From Synechococcus sp. (GTDB lineage Bacteria; Cyanobacteriota; Cyanobacteriia; Thermostichales; PCC-7336), in assembly GCA_051439605.1 (NCBI GenBank), contig JBFRWN010000124.1:1-64000 (forward strand): a DNA stretch of 64,000 nt, given 5' to 3'. Below, piece after piece: positions 1 through 10,171 of this stretch. Position numbers and translations under genes: made by a program. Under the pieces are notes generated by a model. It saw only the letters and a program-made list of their open reading frames with translations, did not search any database and was not told the origin of the DNA. Each line of letters opens with the position of its first letter. Position 1 is the stretch's first letter.

Positions 1-1484
1 ATCGTCACGATGCGTCTCAGCCTCAGGCCATTTTGGGGATGAACTTTCTCAACCGTCGGGTGCCGATGTTCCAGTTTATGGCGTTCTACGACAAAGACCT
101 GGAGATTACTCCGGGGTCGAGCATGACCCGAAACGGCCCCATTCACGCTAACGCCAATATCTTTCTCAATGCTCAAGATGGTCCCAGCGACACCCTCACC
201 ATCCTCGATCGCATTTCGGTGGGTCAGTTCGATGACGGCACCCCCGGCAATATTTATCGCGCACGCAAAAATAACAACAGCTGCTCCTCCAATTCTGTCT
301 ATATTGCAGATAACTCCAACACGTCGATTGACATACCCTGCAGCGGTTTGTGGACGGTACCCGCATCCTTTGACCAACGGGTGCAATTGGGTTTGCCCCA
401 TGTGGATGTGCCCCCCGTCGATGATTTTGAAGTAGGTACGGGCAACCCCTACTGGGACAATGCCGATTTACGCATCGCACTTGATATTGCGGCGTCAGCA
501 GTGGAGGTGAGAAGCGCTAGCAACACGATTGATGCGGCGTTGACGAATCTCCTCGCCACCAGTTGCGTTGGTTCTGCTGATTTCTCCAGTTCTTTCTTTA
601 ACGCACGAGAAGATACGGCGATCGAGATGCTGGACATCGACATGCTCGAGCTGTTGAACTGCATCGATGGAAATGCCGTTGCCTTTGGCTTTGAGCTCAA
701 CGATACCACTCAAGAGGGATTAGTATTTTACCTGACAGTGGACGGCCCGCTGTCCAACGCTAGTCCTTCAACTCCGGTGGGTAGCAACGTTAGCAACAAC
801 TACGGCATCCGATTGCAGAACGGAGCCACACTGCAGAGCGATCGGACTGGGGCTGAAACAGTTGAAGGACTGACCGTTGTCACCGATCAAGCGGCGTATA
901 TCCAAGGGGACTACAATAGCCCCTCTACCGCCACTGATTGGGTGCCTGCCGCCGTCATCTCCGACTCCCTCAACATCCTCTCCAATGCTTGGAGCGACTT
1001 GATGAACGACAGCGATGGGCATAACGATAGTGTGCCCGCTGGAACCCTTGCTTGTACCGGAACGGCAGACGAAGATGACTGTCCTTGGGAAGAACGAATC
1101 GCCTCCGATACCACCGTTAACAGTGCCTTCTTAGCCGGGACCTCCTCCACAGGAGGTGGGGAAGGGGGATTCAATACCGGCAACTACAATGGAGGCATGC
1201 ATAACTTTCCCCGCATGCACGAAATCTGGACGAGAGCAGACGGCGAAGGACCTGCGACTAACCAAACCCTGACCCTGGCCACTTCATTTGTCAGCTTGCA
1301 GCAGCCGGATCATGTCAACGGTCTCTGGCAGCAGGGGGACGATGATTCCTTTTGGTACTATCAGCAGCCCATCCGCAATTGGAGCTTCGAAACGCGGTTT
1401 AGCAATCCCAATACCCTTCCGCCCATGACACCTCAGGTTACGTATTTGCAACAAGAATTATTTGTGAGGGATTTTACCCGCTAG
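1..1484 (+). CDS. Large PilX/HpsA-like pilus-associated protein, C-terminal part (5' end lies outside the window)
   Basis: The frame is open from base 3. Motifs FQFMAFYDKDLEI..GPIHAN, YIQGDYN, GGMHNFPRMHEIW and YYQQPIRNWSFETRF..LPPMTP resemble PilX-related/HpsA-like proteins. Confidence 0.55.
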   Translation, partial: RHDASQPQAILGMNFLNRRVPMFQFMAFYDKDLEITPGSSMTRNGPIHANANIFLNAQDGPSDTLTILDRISVGQFDDGTPGNIYRARKNNNSCSSNSVYIADNSNTSIDIPCSGLWTVPASFDQRVQLGLPHVDVPPVDDFEVGTGNPYWDNADLRIALDIAASAVEVRSASNTIDAALTNLLATSCVGSADFSSSFFNAREDTAIEMLDIDMLELLNCIDGNAVAFGFELNDTTQEGLVFYLTVDGPLSNASPSTPVGSNVSNNYGIRLQNGATLQSDRTGAETVEGLTVVTDQAAYIQGDYNSPSTATDWVPAAVISDSLNILSNAWSDLMNDSDGHNDSVPAGTLACTGTADEDDCPWEERIASDTTVNSAFLAGTSSTGGGEGGFNTGNYNGGMHNFPRMHEIWTRADGEGPATNQTLTLATSFVSLQQPDHVNGLWQQGDDDSFWYYQQPIRNWSFETRFSNPNTLPPMTPQVTYLQQELFVRDFTR

Positions 1485-1590
1485 GGCGTGGCTTTTCGAT
1501 TTCCGATCCTCAGCCGTTGATGGCACTACAGGTGGCGGTGTTAATCATAAGATCTACTATAGGTAGTGTCTCATTCTATCTTGGTCGACT

Positions 1591-3117
1591 GTGGAGTTCA
1601 AACTTAGAGACTATCAGCAGCATCTACACGATCGCGTCCTCACCCAATGGCAACAGGGGGTGCAGCGGTTGATGGTACAGCTGCCCACTGGGGGTGGCAA
1701 AACGATTCTGTTTGGGGCGATCGCTAAAGAATTCCTACCTCGCGGTCAGACCGTTGTCATACTGGCCCATCGGGAAGAACTGTTAACCCAGGCGGCTGAA
1801 AAGGTGGCTAAGGTTACCGAAGAAGCGGTGGGCATTGTTAAGGCAGGTCATCCGGCCAATCTTGAGGCCCCCATTCAGGTGGCCAGCGTCCAAACCCTCT
1901 CTCGCCGACCGGGTTATCTGAACAATGTTGGTTTAGTGGTGGTGGATGAAGCCCACCATACCAATGCAACCAGCTATCGCAAAATTCTCAACGAATTCCA
2001 CGATGCCTATCACTTGGGGGTGACCGCCACCCCCATCCGCACCGATGGCTCCGGGTTTGAATCGCTATTTCAGGATATGATTATTGGCCCCACCGTTTCC
2101 GAGTTGATCGATCGCGGTTTCCTCTGTCCCCTCAAGCTCTACGCCGATCCCCAACCCATGAAAACGCGCGGGGCTCGCACGACAGGGGGAGACTTCAATG
2201 CATCCGATCTGCTCAAACTGAATGGAGAGCGGGGGCTATCGGGCAACTTGGTGTCAATGTGGCAACGGTACGCCCGCGATAAGCGAACGGTGGTGTTTGC
2301 CATCAACGTGGCCCATTCCGAAGCGATCGCTGCCCGCTTCAACCAGAAAGGAATTGCCGCCGAACATCTGGATGGCAACATCCCCGTTCCACAGCGGCGG
2401 GCGATTCTGGAGCGGTTCACCAGCGGCGAGACGCTGGTTTTGGTGAACTGCAATCTGGTCTCGGAAGGATTTGACCTGCCTGCGATCGAAGCGGTGCAAA
2501 TTGCTCGCCCCACCCAATCGCTAGCGCTGTGGCTACAACAGATCGGTCGGGCCCTGCGCATTCATCCCGGCAAGCAGGAGGCGATCGCGATCGATCACAC
2601 CCGCAATTGGCTCCTGCACGGATTGCCCACCCAACCTCGAATCTGGTCGCTACAGGGGGTATGCCCCGATGAACAGCACCACACCCATTGTCCCGATTGC
2701 AGCTTTGTATTTGCCAGCGATCGGCACCGACTTAACCCAGCCTTTCTGCAATGCCCCAATTGCCAAACACTGATTCCTGACGAAGCCCCGACACTTTTCC
2801 CTGCAACTGCTACTGCAGTTGAGCGTAAACCCTTTGAATTGCCAGAAGAGTCCCACTTCGATTTGGAAGAAGTCAGCCCTGCTGTACTAAAACTAGCCAG
2901 CGAGCTATTGCACCTGCAGGAATTAATGGCCCAAAAACAAGCCCACGGACGCACCCCCGAATGGGTGATTTATCATTTAGCCCAAACCAACCCCGATTTT
3001 GAAACTTGGCAAGCCTGTGCTGTTGAACTGGGGTATTCCTCCGACTGGGCTTTGCAACAACATCGCGAACGACAAGCCTTGGCCCAAGCTCTCGCCTACG
3101 AACCCCAAGTGGCCTAG
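1591..3117 (+). CDS. Superfamily II DEAD/DEAH helicase (RadD/phage-like) with C-terminal Zn ribbon
   Basis: LRDYQ, LPTGGGKT, VDEAHH, TATP, EGFDLP and QQIGRALR motifs; CPDC...CPNC. Confidence 0.9.
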   Translation: MEFKLRDYQQHLHDRVLTQWQQGVQRLMVQLPTGGGKTILFGAIAKEFLPRGQTVVILAHREELLTQAAEKVAKVTEEAVGIVKAGHPANLEAPIQVASVQTLSRRPGYLNNVGLVVVDEAHHTNATSYRKILNEFHDAYHLGVTATPIRTDGSGFESLFQDMIIGPTVSELIDRGFLCPLKLYADPQPMKTRGARTTGGDFNASDLLKLNGERGLSGNLVSMWQRYARDKRTVVFAINVAHSEAIAARFNQKGIAAEHLDGNIPVPQRRAILERFTSGETLVLVNCNLVSEGFDLPAIEAVQIARPTQSLALWLQQIGRALRIHPGKQEAIAIDHTRNWLLHGLPTQPRIWSLQGVCPDEQHHTHCPDCSFVFASDRHRLNPAFLQCPNCQTLIPDEAPTLFPATATAVERKPFELPEESHFDLEEVSPAVLKLASELLHLQELMAQKQAHGRTPEWVIYHLAQTNPDFETWQACAVELGYSSDWALQQHRERQALAQALAYEPQVA

Positions 3118-3138
3118 GGGCTATCCACAATAGTGTTG

Positions 3139-3807
3139 TCATTCTGATGCAGGTTGCGTCTTGGCAAAATCGAGTGATGAAAGGCACGAGTCGTGATGGA
3201 GTGGCTTGGCCGGCGGAGTCGATTCCAAGGCTTGCAGGGTTTGCTGATAGGTGTCTGGCAGCGTCCCTCTGTTGTCAATTACCACGTGGCTGCGAAGTAC
3301 CTTTTCTGTCAACGGCCACTGGCTTTCAATCCGGGCTTTAGCGTCGATTTCAGACAGTTGATTGCGCTGTTTGAGTCGCTCTAACTGCTGCTGGGGAGAA
3401 CAAATCACCGTCCAGATTTCAGTCACCAGATCGGTCATTTCAGCCTCAAACAACAACGGCACAACAATCGCCGCTGTTGCATCTTCAGGCAGTTGGGAAA
3501 TAAACAGTTCCAGCTGCAGGCGGACGAAGGGATGAATCTTGGCCTCCAGCCAGCGCCGCTCTGCGGGATTCTGGAAAACGAGCTGGGCAAGCTGTTCGCG
3601 ATTGAGCTGACCGAGGTCATCTAAAATTCCATCACCGTAGCGATCGCGAATTTGCCGCAGAATATTGGTTCCGGGTCGCACAGCCTCTTTGGCCAAAATA
3701 TCGGCATCTGCCACCGGAATCCCGCATTCCACCAGACATTGAGCAACCGTTGTTTTGCCGGTTGCAATCCCCCCCGTAATACCAACGATCCGACGCGTCA
3801 AACCCAT
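3139..3807 (-). CDS. coaE: Dephospho-CoA kinase
   Basis: GITGGIATGKTT, DAD, IHPFV, VPLLFE, RIESQ and VIDN motifs. Confidence 0.95.
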   Translation of the reverse strand: MGLTRRIVGITGGIATGKTTVAQCLVECGIPVADADILAKEAVRPGTNILRQIRDRYGDGILDDLGQLNREQLAQLVFQNPAERRWLEAKIHPFVRLQLELFISQLPEDATAAIVVPLLFEAEMTDLVTEIWTVICSPQQQLERLKQRNQLSEIDAKARIESQWPLTEKVLRSHVVIDNRGTLPDTYQQTLQALESTPPAKPLHHDSCLSSLDFAKTQPASE

Positions 3808-4028
3808 ACCCCCACGTTGCGTAGTGCAACTTTTCGTTGCGGTTGTTTCTCACAACATCAACTTACCCCGCCCAATCAAGAAGAAACTCTGAGGAAGTCT
3901 TCCGCACATTTAGATGACGAATAGGATTGCCTTAGGTGGGGCCGCAATCGTTTTCCAGTGCAAGCTGATGTCTCGTGAAATCTGGGGACCTATCTGCGGG
4001 CTTGCAACAAGTTTCCCAAGTGTCATTT

Positions 4029-5195
4029 ATGTCGCATTCTCAGAAAGTTGCTGTACTGCTCTGCGGTTACGGAAAGGTTGAAGCTTACGACGATTTCGCA
4101 GACTATAACGAGCGGGCCCTGCGTCTTCTGGCGTCAAAGTTTATCAAGTTTCCTGACTTCACGATTCCCTGGATTGCCAAGGGACTGGAAATGCTCGACC
4201 GGCGAGAATGGTCCCGCCAACATAACTTTCAATCCCCCCACAACGAAATTTTTCACGCCCAGCGACAGGCACTTGAAGAAGCCCTGCAAAGGCGCTATGG
4301 CGATCGCGTGCAGGTGTTTACCGCCTTTAATTTTTGCGATTCCTATTTGCCCCATCAGGTGCTAGCGACCATCCGCGAACAGGGATTTGAGAAGCTGGTG
4401 ATTTTTCCGCTGTTGGTGGTGGATTCCATCTACACCAATGGATTGGCGCTGCAGCAGATTAATGAGGCGCTGGGGGAAGATACGGACTGGCTTAAGGATC
4501 TACGCTATCTACCCAGTTTTGGCCATCGCCCAGAGTACCATCAGCGGCTGGCAGACCATATTGAAGCTAGGCTGGCCACCCTGAGGACAAACTGTGCCAC
4601 ATCCCAGGTGGGCATCGTGCTGATGAACCACGGTTGCCCAATGGATAACAAAGGCTTTGAAGGGGGGATTCGCGATAGCGAGGAACTGTATCGGTCCGTG
4701 CGCGATCGCCTGATCGATCGCTATCCACTGATTTCCATCGGTTGGATGAATCACCAAACTCCCGGCCAGTGGACTACCCCCGATATCGATTTAGCGGCCC
4801 AGAATTTGCTTACCCTTGGGGCTCGTGCCTTGGTATTCGTACCCATTGGGTTTGTGACCGAAAATCACGAAACTATGCTGGATGTGGCCTACAGCATCAA
4901 CAAACTACGCTCCAAGGTGGAATGCCTGCATGTAGATTGCCTGAACGACGATCGGGGATTCCTGGAGATGTGCGCGGGATGGTTAGATCCGTTGATTGCC
5001 GATCTAGCAGATGTGCCCACCCGCGATGCCGCTGAGATTCCCACCATCCTTCCCCCTGCGGGAGCGCTGCCCAACCGCAACCAAGACGTGTGCGATCGCT
5101 TAGCACCTCAACTGCAACAAGCTCATTCCCATCACGGGCACTCTCATCAGGGGCACTCCCATCATGGGCACTCGCACCACCATCACCACCATTAA
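4029..5195 (+). CDS. Ferrochelatase-family (class II chelatase) paralog with His-rich C-terminal tail
   Basis: SP..EIF..Q, FPL, MNHG, WTTP, PIGFVTENHET and CLND motifs; no CAB domain; ends HSHHGHSHQGHSHHGHSHHHHHH. ATG 4029 preferred over GTG 3975. Confidence 0.8.
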   Translation: MSHSQKVAVLLCGYGKVEAYDDFADYNERALRLLASKFIKFPDFTIPWIAKGLEMLDRREWSRQHNFQSPHNEIFHAQRQALEEALQRRYGDRVQVFTAFNFCDSYLPHQVLATIREQGFEKLVIFPLLVVDSIYTNGLALQQINEALGEDTDWLKDLRYLPSFGHRPEYHQRLADHIEARLATLRTNCATSQVGIVLMNHGCPMDNKGFEGGIRDSEELYRSVRDRLIDRYPLISIGWMNHQTPGQWTTPDIDLAAQNLLTLGARALVFVPIGFVTENHETMLDVAYSINKLRSKVECLHVDCLNDDRGFLEMCAGWLDPLIADLADVPTRDAAEIPTILPPAGALPNRNQDVCDRLAPQLQQAHSHHGHSHQGHSHHGHSHHHHHH

Positions 5196-5241
5196 GATAA
5201 AAGCACTCCCTTGAGTTGGCAGGATTGGAGGCGATTACGCA

Positions 5242-5805
5242 ATGGTCGGGGCTCAACCCAAAATACAGACATTGGCAGAGTTTCTCGCCTTGCCAGAGAC
5301 CAAACCTGCCAGTGAGTTTGTTGATGGCCAGATTACTCAGAAGCCCATGCCGCAGGGGAAGCACAGCAGGATTCAAGGGGAATTGGTATCGGCTATTAAC
5401 AATGCGGTTAAGTCTCAAAAAGTAGCCTGTGGGTTTCCCGAACTCCGCTGTACATTTGGCGGTCGTTCAACAGTTCCCGATATTTCTGTGTTTGTTTGGG
5501 AGCGCATTCCAGTAGATAGGAGCGGAGAAGTGGCCAATGTCTTTGCCCTCGCACCAGATTGGACGATTGAAATCCTATCCCCCGACCAAAGTCACACTAG
5601 GGTGACAAAGAATATTCTTCATTGCTTGAAGCATGGCACTCTCATGGGATGGCTGATTGACCCTGACGAAAAAACAGTATTTGTTTACCGTCCCGGCAAA
5701 GAAATTGAGGTATTTGACAAAGAAATTGCCACTTTACCTGTGCCAAAATTTGCTAGCCGGCTCAATCTCGCGGTCCAAGACTTGTTTGAGTGGTTAGTGC
5801 TCTAA
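5242..5805 (+). CDS. Uma2 family endonuclease-like protein
   Basis: EFLALPETKPASE, KPMPQGKHS, PELRCTFGGRS.VPD and PDWTIEILSP motifs. Confidence 0.92.
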   Translation: MVGAQPKIQTLAEFLALPETKPASEFVDGQITQKPMPQGKHSRIQGELVSAINNAVKSQKVACGFPELRCTFGGRSTVPDISVFVWERIPVDRSGEVANVFALAPDWTIEILSPDQSHTRVTKNILHCLKHGTLMGWLIDPDEKTVFVYRPGKEIEVFDKEIATLPVPKFASRLNLAVQDLFEWLVL

Positions 5806-6647
5806 TTTTCCAGGAGCCACAAGCCAGTTGTGGTTATCCCTGAATCATCTGGCATCACTAGCAAAAAATGGATGCCTCGGCTAGCTTCCTTTCTCTGTTC
5901 AAATTTTGTGGCAGCTTCCAACACTGCTTCGTCGTCGAATGTAGCCATCACCCAGCGATCGCTCAGTCCCGCCTCCAAAATGAGGCCATGGGGATCGCCA
6001 GATACAAAATTTAAAGCCACCGGCTTAGCCTTCTGTAACCACTGAGCAAAGGCAAGGGAGCAGTGTACACCATAAAAAATCGCACCCGGAATCAAAGCAT
6101 CGGGGGCAGCCGCCATCAAACTCGCCAACAGCGCACAGTCTTTGACTGGTATCACCCGCTCGGTGAGGGCTAACAAGTCGGAGCGTGACAGTGCGGCAAA
6201 TTGCCATGTCTCCGATTGCAGCGCCTCCGGTATCGCTTCGGGGGGAGCAGGTTCGATCGCAAGGGGGTCGTAAGGTTCGCGGATATAGCCATCCAGCTGT
6301 GGATAAAGCTGGGCTTGCATCTGCAGGCGCTGTTTGAGGGCGAGAGTCCAGCGGGTTGGTGTAACCAAAATTCCCAGGCGTGCGGCTGCTTGCTGGATTG
6401 CAGATAGAGACTGGGGACGAAATACCTGAAGGGATGTAGGTGGAGTGGATTCGTTCGCCCATTGTTGCAGGCGATCGCTAATCCAACTGGAGTTCGCTCG
6501 ATCCTGCGGACAGAACGCCACTTTCTCAAATTGGCCATCGCTGCTGCAGACCACCAAGGCCCATAATCTTTGGTTGGACTCACCTTTGAGGGGACAGCGA
6601 TAAAAGTCCACCTGCCAGATGGGGTTAGGGTCTGGCGACTGAGTCAT
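5802..6647 (-). CDS. Tab2/Atab2 family RNA-binding protein (DUF1092)
   Basis: WQVDFY, ANS.W, FRPQ, LEAGLSDRW and GIHFLLVMPDDSG..TGLWLL motifs. Confidence 0.88.
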   Translation of the reverse strand: MTQSPDPNPIWQVDFYRCPLKGESNQRLWALVVCSSDGQFEKVAFCPQDRANSSWISDRLQQWANESTPPTSLQVFRPQSLSAIQQAAARLGILVTPTRWTLALKQRLQMQAQLYPQLDGYIREPYDPLAIEPAPPEAIPEALQSETWQFAALSRSDLLALTERVIPVKDCALLASLMAAAPDALIPGAIFYGVHCSLAFAQWLQKAKPVALNFVSGDPHGLILEAGLSDRWVMATFDDEAVLEAATKFEQRKEASRGIHFLLVMPDDSGITTTGLWLLEN

Positions 6648-6754
6648 GGCGACGATCTCCGCTAGGCAAAAGGTATCTCCCCAGTTAGCCTAGTTGATGT
6701 TGCCTCTCCCATCGGTCGGGTGACCTGTCTTTGAACGAAATTCCCCATTCCTGC

Positions 6755-7861
6755 ATGTCAGCCGTCACCATCCCCCTTACGCTGCCCGCGATTTCCTACG
6801 ATATCTTCATCTCAGCCAACAGCCTGGAACAGCTGGGGCAGGGCATGGCCGATCGAGGGCTGCAGGGCAAGGTGCTGGTGGTTAGCAACCCTGTCATCTT
6901 CAAGCACTACGGTCAGAGGGTAATGCGGGGGTTAGAGCAAGCGGGATTTGCGGCATCATCCTGCTCGATCCCGGCTGGAGAGCGCTACAAAACCCCTCGT
7001 ACTCTATTGAAAATTCACGATGCCGCCTACGATGCAGGTCTCGAACGCTCCTCCACCATCGTGGCCCTTGGAGGAGGGGTTGTGGGAGATATGGCCGGTT
7101 TTGCAGCTGCCACCTGGATGAGAGGGATGAACGTTGTCCAAGTTCCTACCACATTGCTAGCCATGGTCGATGCGGCGATCGGGGGGAAAACTGGCGTCAA
7201 CCATCCGGGGGGCAAGAACTTAATTGGGGCTTTCCACCAACCTCGCTTGGTGTGGATCGATCCCACCACCTTGGCGACGTTGCCCCCCCGAGAGTTTAGA
7301 GCGGCAATGGCGGAGGTGATCAAGTACGGCGTCATTCGCATGCCGAAACTATTCGAGTTTTTAGAAAACCAAAGAAAACTGAATAGTTACCGAACATTCG
7401 ACGAAGAGGCATTGTTTCACGCCATCGAGCAATCTGCCCGCTGTAAAGCGGATGTTGTTATGCGCGATGAGAAAGAAGGGGGATTACGAGCCATTTTGAA
7501 TTACGGACATACGGTGGGGCACGCCATCGAAAGTGCCACCCGATACCGCAAATATCGTCACGGAGAAGGGGTAGCCCTGGGCATGGAGGCCGCAGCGCGG
7601 ATTGCCGCCAACTTGGGCTGGTGGGAGATCGAGAACGTCGATCGCCAGCGGCAGCTGATGGTGCGCTGCGGTTTGCCGGTGGTCCTACCGGAAGACCTCG
7701 ATCTATCAAGGGTGGTGAAGCTAACCCACAGTGATAAAAAGGTGAAATCTGGCCAAGTGCGGTTTATTCTGCCCAAGAGCATTGGGGAGGTGGAAATAAC
7801 TAGCAATGTCAGCGATCGCGATGTCAGTCAAGTGCTGCAGGAAATGCATGCCCAGGAATAG
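6755..7861 (+). CDS. aroB: 3-dehydroquinate synthase
   Basis: GE..K, ALGGGVVGDMAGFAAATWMRG, PTTLLAMVDAAIGGKTGVN, LNYGHTVGHAIE, HGE and DKK motifs. Confidence 0.97.
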   Translation: MSAVTIPLTLPAISYDIFISANSLEQLGQGMADRGLQGKVLVVSNPVIFKHYGQRVMRGLEQAGFAASSCSIPAGERYKTPRTLLKIHDAAYDAGLERSSTIVALGGGVVGDMAGFAAATWMRGMNVVQVPTTLLAMVDAAIGGKTGVNHPGGKNLIGAFHQPRLVWIDPTTLATLPPREFRAAMAEVIKYGVIRMPKLFEFLENQRKLNSYRTFDEEALFHAIEQSARCKADVVMRDEKEGGLRAILNYGHTVGHAIESATRYRKYRHGEGVALGMEAAARIAANLGWWEIENVDRQRQLMVRCGLPVVLPEDLDLSRVVKLTHSDKKVKSGQVRFILPKSIGEVEITSNVSDRDVSQVLQEMHAQE

Positions 7862-8008
7862 CATTCGACCTTGAAATTAAAGAAAGGCTTTCGAAATCAG
7901 CGTGCTGACTCGCTATTGCAGTGAGAACAACAGTCTTGCATTTTAATTCTTTCTCTCGGTCTGTAGCGTGCAGCCAAGCGAATACCTGCAATAGAAACCG
8001 GTACCGAA

Positions 8009-9244
8009 CTATGACGAGGTAAAGGCAACGCGAAAACCGACAATGTCACTCTTCCCCTCAATCTTGGAGCCGAGACGAAAGCCCGAGCGGCATGCATCGG
8101 GTTTGCTGTTCCACGCACCACCGCGCAATACACCGCTGCCTTTGTAGCCGTCGCTAAGCCAGGGAACGCTCCCTGAAGGAGCTCCCTCGTACGAATCGTG
8201 CCATAGATCCGCACACCATTCCCACACATTGCCATGCATATCGTAAAGACCAAACGGATTGGGAAGAAAATTCCCGACAGCAGTGGTTTCGGCATACCTG
8301 TCGTTGAAGTTAGCAGTTTTGGTCCCTAGGTCCTGGCCGCAGGAGTAGGCGGTGCTGGTACCGGCCCGACAAGCATATTCCCACTCAGCTTCTGAAGGGA
8401 GGCGAAAGTTACAGCCCGTTTTAACAGACAGGCGATCGCAAAACTCTTGGGCATCTAAACTGTTAATGGTTTCAACCGGACGATTATCTCCCTTAAATTT
8501 TGAGGGATTCTCAGGTAGGCTCCTGTTAACTTCTGGCCATTCTGCAACCGCCTTCCACTGGGCTTGAGTAATCGCATATTGGCCGATCGAAAAACGAGAA
8601 ACCGTAACGGAATGCTGCGGCCCTTCGTCACTATCGCGGTTGTTCTCATCCTCCGGCGAGCCCATGATAAATGTCCCTGCCGGAATCGCCACCATCTGTA
8701 ACATCACACCATTTCCCAGGTCAAAACTTTGCACGTCTAGCTTGGGAGTAGCAAACGTGTCGATGAATTTGGCTGACTCAATGGGCTCCGACTCGTCGTA
8801 GAAGACATCACGGACAGGCTCTACATAGTCGGGCTTAGCAGAGATCGCTTGATGTAATTGCTCGATCGGATCGGGCCGGTACTTACGAAAGTCGACCCAA
8901 TTATGCCCTAGTAAGTAAGGGGGTAAATTCGGCCGTTTCATCACCCGTTCTAGGGTTACAGGAATCATCGGACATTCCTTGTACGCGAATTCCAGTAAAA
9001 ACGCCTGAATATCTAAATCTTGCCAAGGCCCGACCCCATCTGGTCCCACAAATACCGCAACCGACCCGATCTCTTCCACCTGTTTGTCTAAGACCGGTTT
9101 CCAATTCATCTCTGGTTGTTGTAACACCCAGTCATCCAGCCAGACCCGCAGTCCCAACTCCTGCAACTGCCTGCCAATCTCCTTCACTTGTTGCATGTCT
9201 TGGCGGTTGTAACATAAGAACACATCGAAGGGCCAATCTGTCAT
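8009..9244 (-). CDS. TIR domain fused to a formylglycine-generating-enzyme (SUMF1/FGE-sulfatase) domain
   Basis: N-terminal FDVFLCYN..D, VWLD, GPWQ and IPV; C-terminal FIMGS, EGPQH, RLPSEAEWEYACRAG, GLYDMHGNVWEWC, RGGAW and GFRV. Confidence 0.9.
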   Translation of the reverse strand: MTDWPFDVFLCYNRQDMQQVKEIGRQLQELGLRVWLDDWVLQQPEMNWKPVLDKQVEEIGSVAVFVGPDGVGPWQDLDIQAFLLEFAYKECPMIPVTLERVMKRPNLPPYLLGHNWVDFRKYRPDPIEQLHQAISAKPDYVEPVRDVFYDESEPIESAKFIDTFATPKLDVQSFDLGNGVMLQMVAIPAGTFIMGSPEDENNRDSDEGPQHSVTVSRFSIGQYAITQAQWKAVAEWPEVNRSLPENPSKFKGDNRPVETINSLDAQEFCDRLSVKTGCNFRLPSEAEWEYACRAGTSTAYSCGQDLGTKTANFNDRYAETTAVGNFLPNPFGLYDMHGNVWEWCADLWHDSYEGAPSGSVPWLSDGYKGSGVLRGGAWNSKPDACRSGFRLGSKIEGKSDIVGFRVAFTSS

Positions 9245-9589
9245 GGGCAAACCATTTCATTCGATCTTTGCCATACTATTTTCTCCCTTTCCGCTTAATA
9301 AACTACCCCCCGGAAAACAATCTCGATAAAGAGAGACCGTATCGATTTCAGTGCGATCGCTATCTTTAAATTTGTAGCAGTTGCCATCCCAGCCACAACA
9401 ACAGACTCTGTAATCCGTCAGTTCTAAACAGCAGAGATCCCCTCGGCAAAGCGACAGAATCTGCAGCCAACACCAATACAAAATGCCCCCAAACTGTGCG
9501 TAAAGTCATTGGGGAGCACTGATTACGGATGAACTTGACTAGCGTATGGATTGAACTAACCCAAAGATATGGCTAGACCCAAGACAGAG

Positions 9590-10171
9590 CTAGACTATTT
9601 TAATGCCTGCATCACCTTGGACAGTCTTGCCGTGCTCGCCGGCCCAAGTAACCCAATGATGGCTGGCGATATGGGGGACATCTTCGATGTTGTCGCAGCT
9701 TAGGCCAGTACCGGAAAGATCTGCATCGCTTAAGTCGGTACCGCCAAAGTCGGCGTCTGTAACGACGGCATTTTTCAACATGGCACCCCCCAAATTGGCT
9801 CCTTCCAAATCGGCATTGGCCAAGTTTGCCCACTCAAGTTTGCAGCACACCAGTTGTGCGCAGCGCAGATCCGCCTGTCCTAAATCGGCAGCAACGAGAT
9901 TAGCGCCTGATAAATCGGCCCCAATCAAATTGACATCGGTCATGTTGGCACCAGTCAGGATGGTGCCCGTCAAGTCGGCGTCCGACAAATTGGCCTGAGA
10001 TAAGCAAGCTCCACTCAAATCTGCTCCGCTTAAATCTGCACCACTTAAATCTGCACGACTCAGATCGATGCGCGATAAATTCATATTCTTGAGATTGACT
10101 CCATGCAAATTAGCATCGGAGCAATCGCGATCGTTCAAGCAGTATTGACTGAATAATTGAACAGCATTCAT
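9590..10171 (-). CDS. Pentapeptide repeat protein
   Basis: Long A(D/N)LSG-type repeat run; ATG at 10171. Confidence 0.9.
   Translation of the reverse strand: MNAVQLFSQYCLNDRDCSDANLHGVNLKNMNLSRIDLSRADLSGADLSGADLSGACLSQANLSDADLTGTILTGANMTDVNLIGADLSGANLVAADLGQADLRCAQLVCCKLEWANLANADLEGANLGGAMLKNAVVTDADFGGTDLSDADLSGTGLSCDNIEDVPHIASHHWVTWAGEHGKTVQGDAGIKIV

Noticed and set aside
8009..8200. FGE-domain C-terminus as a diversity-generating retroelement target
   Set aside because: No template repeat or reverse transcriptase is visible in the window.
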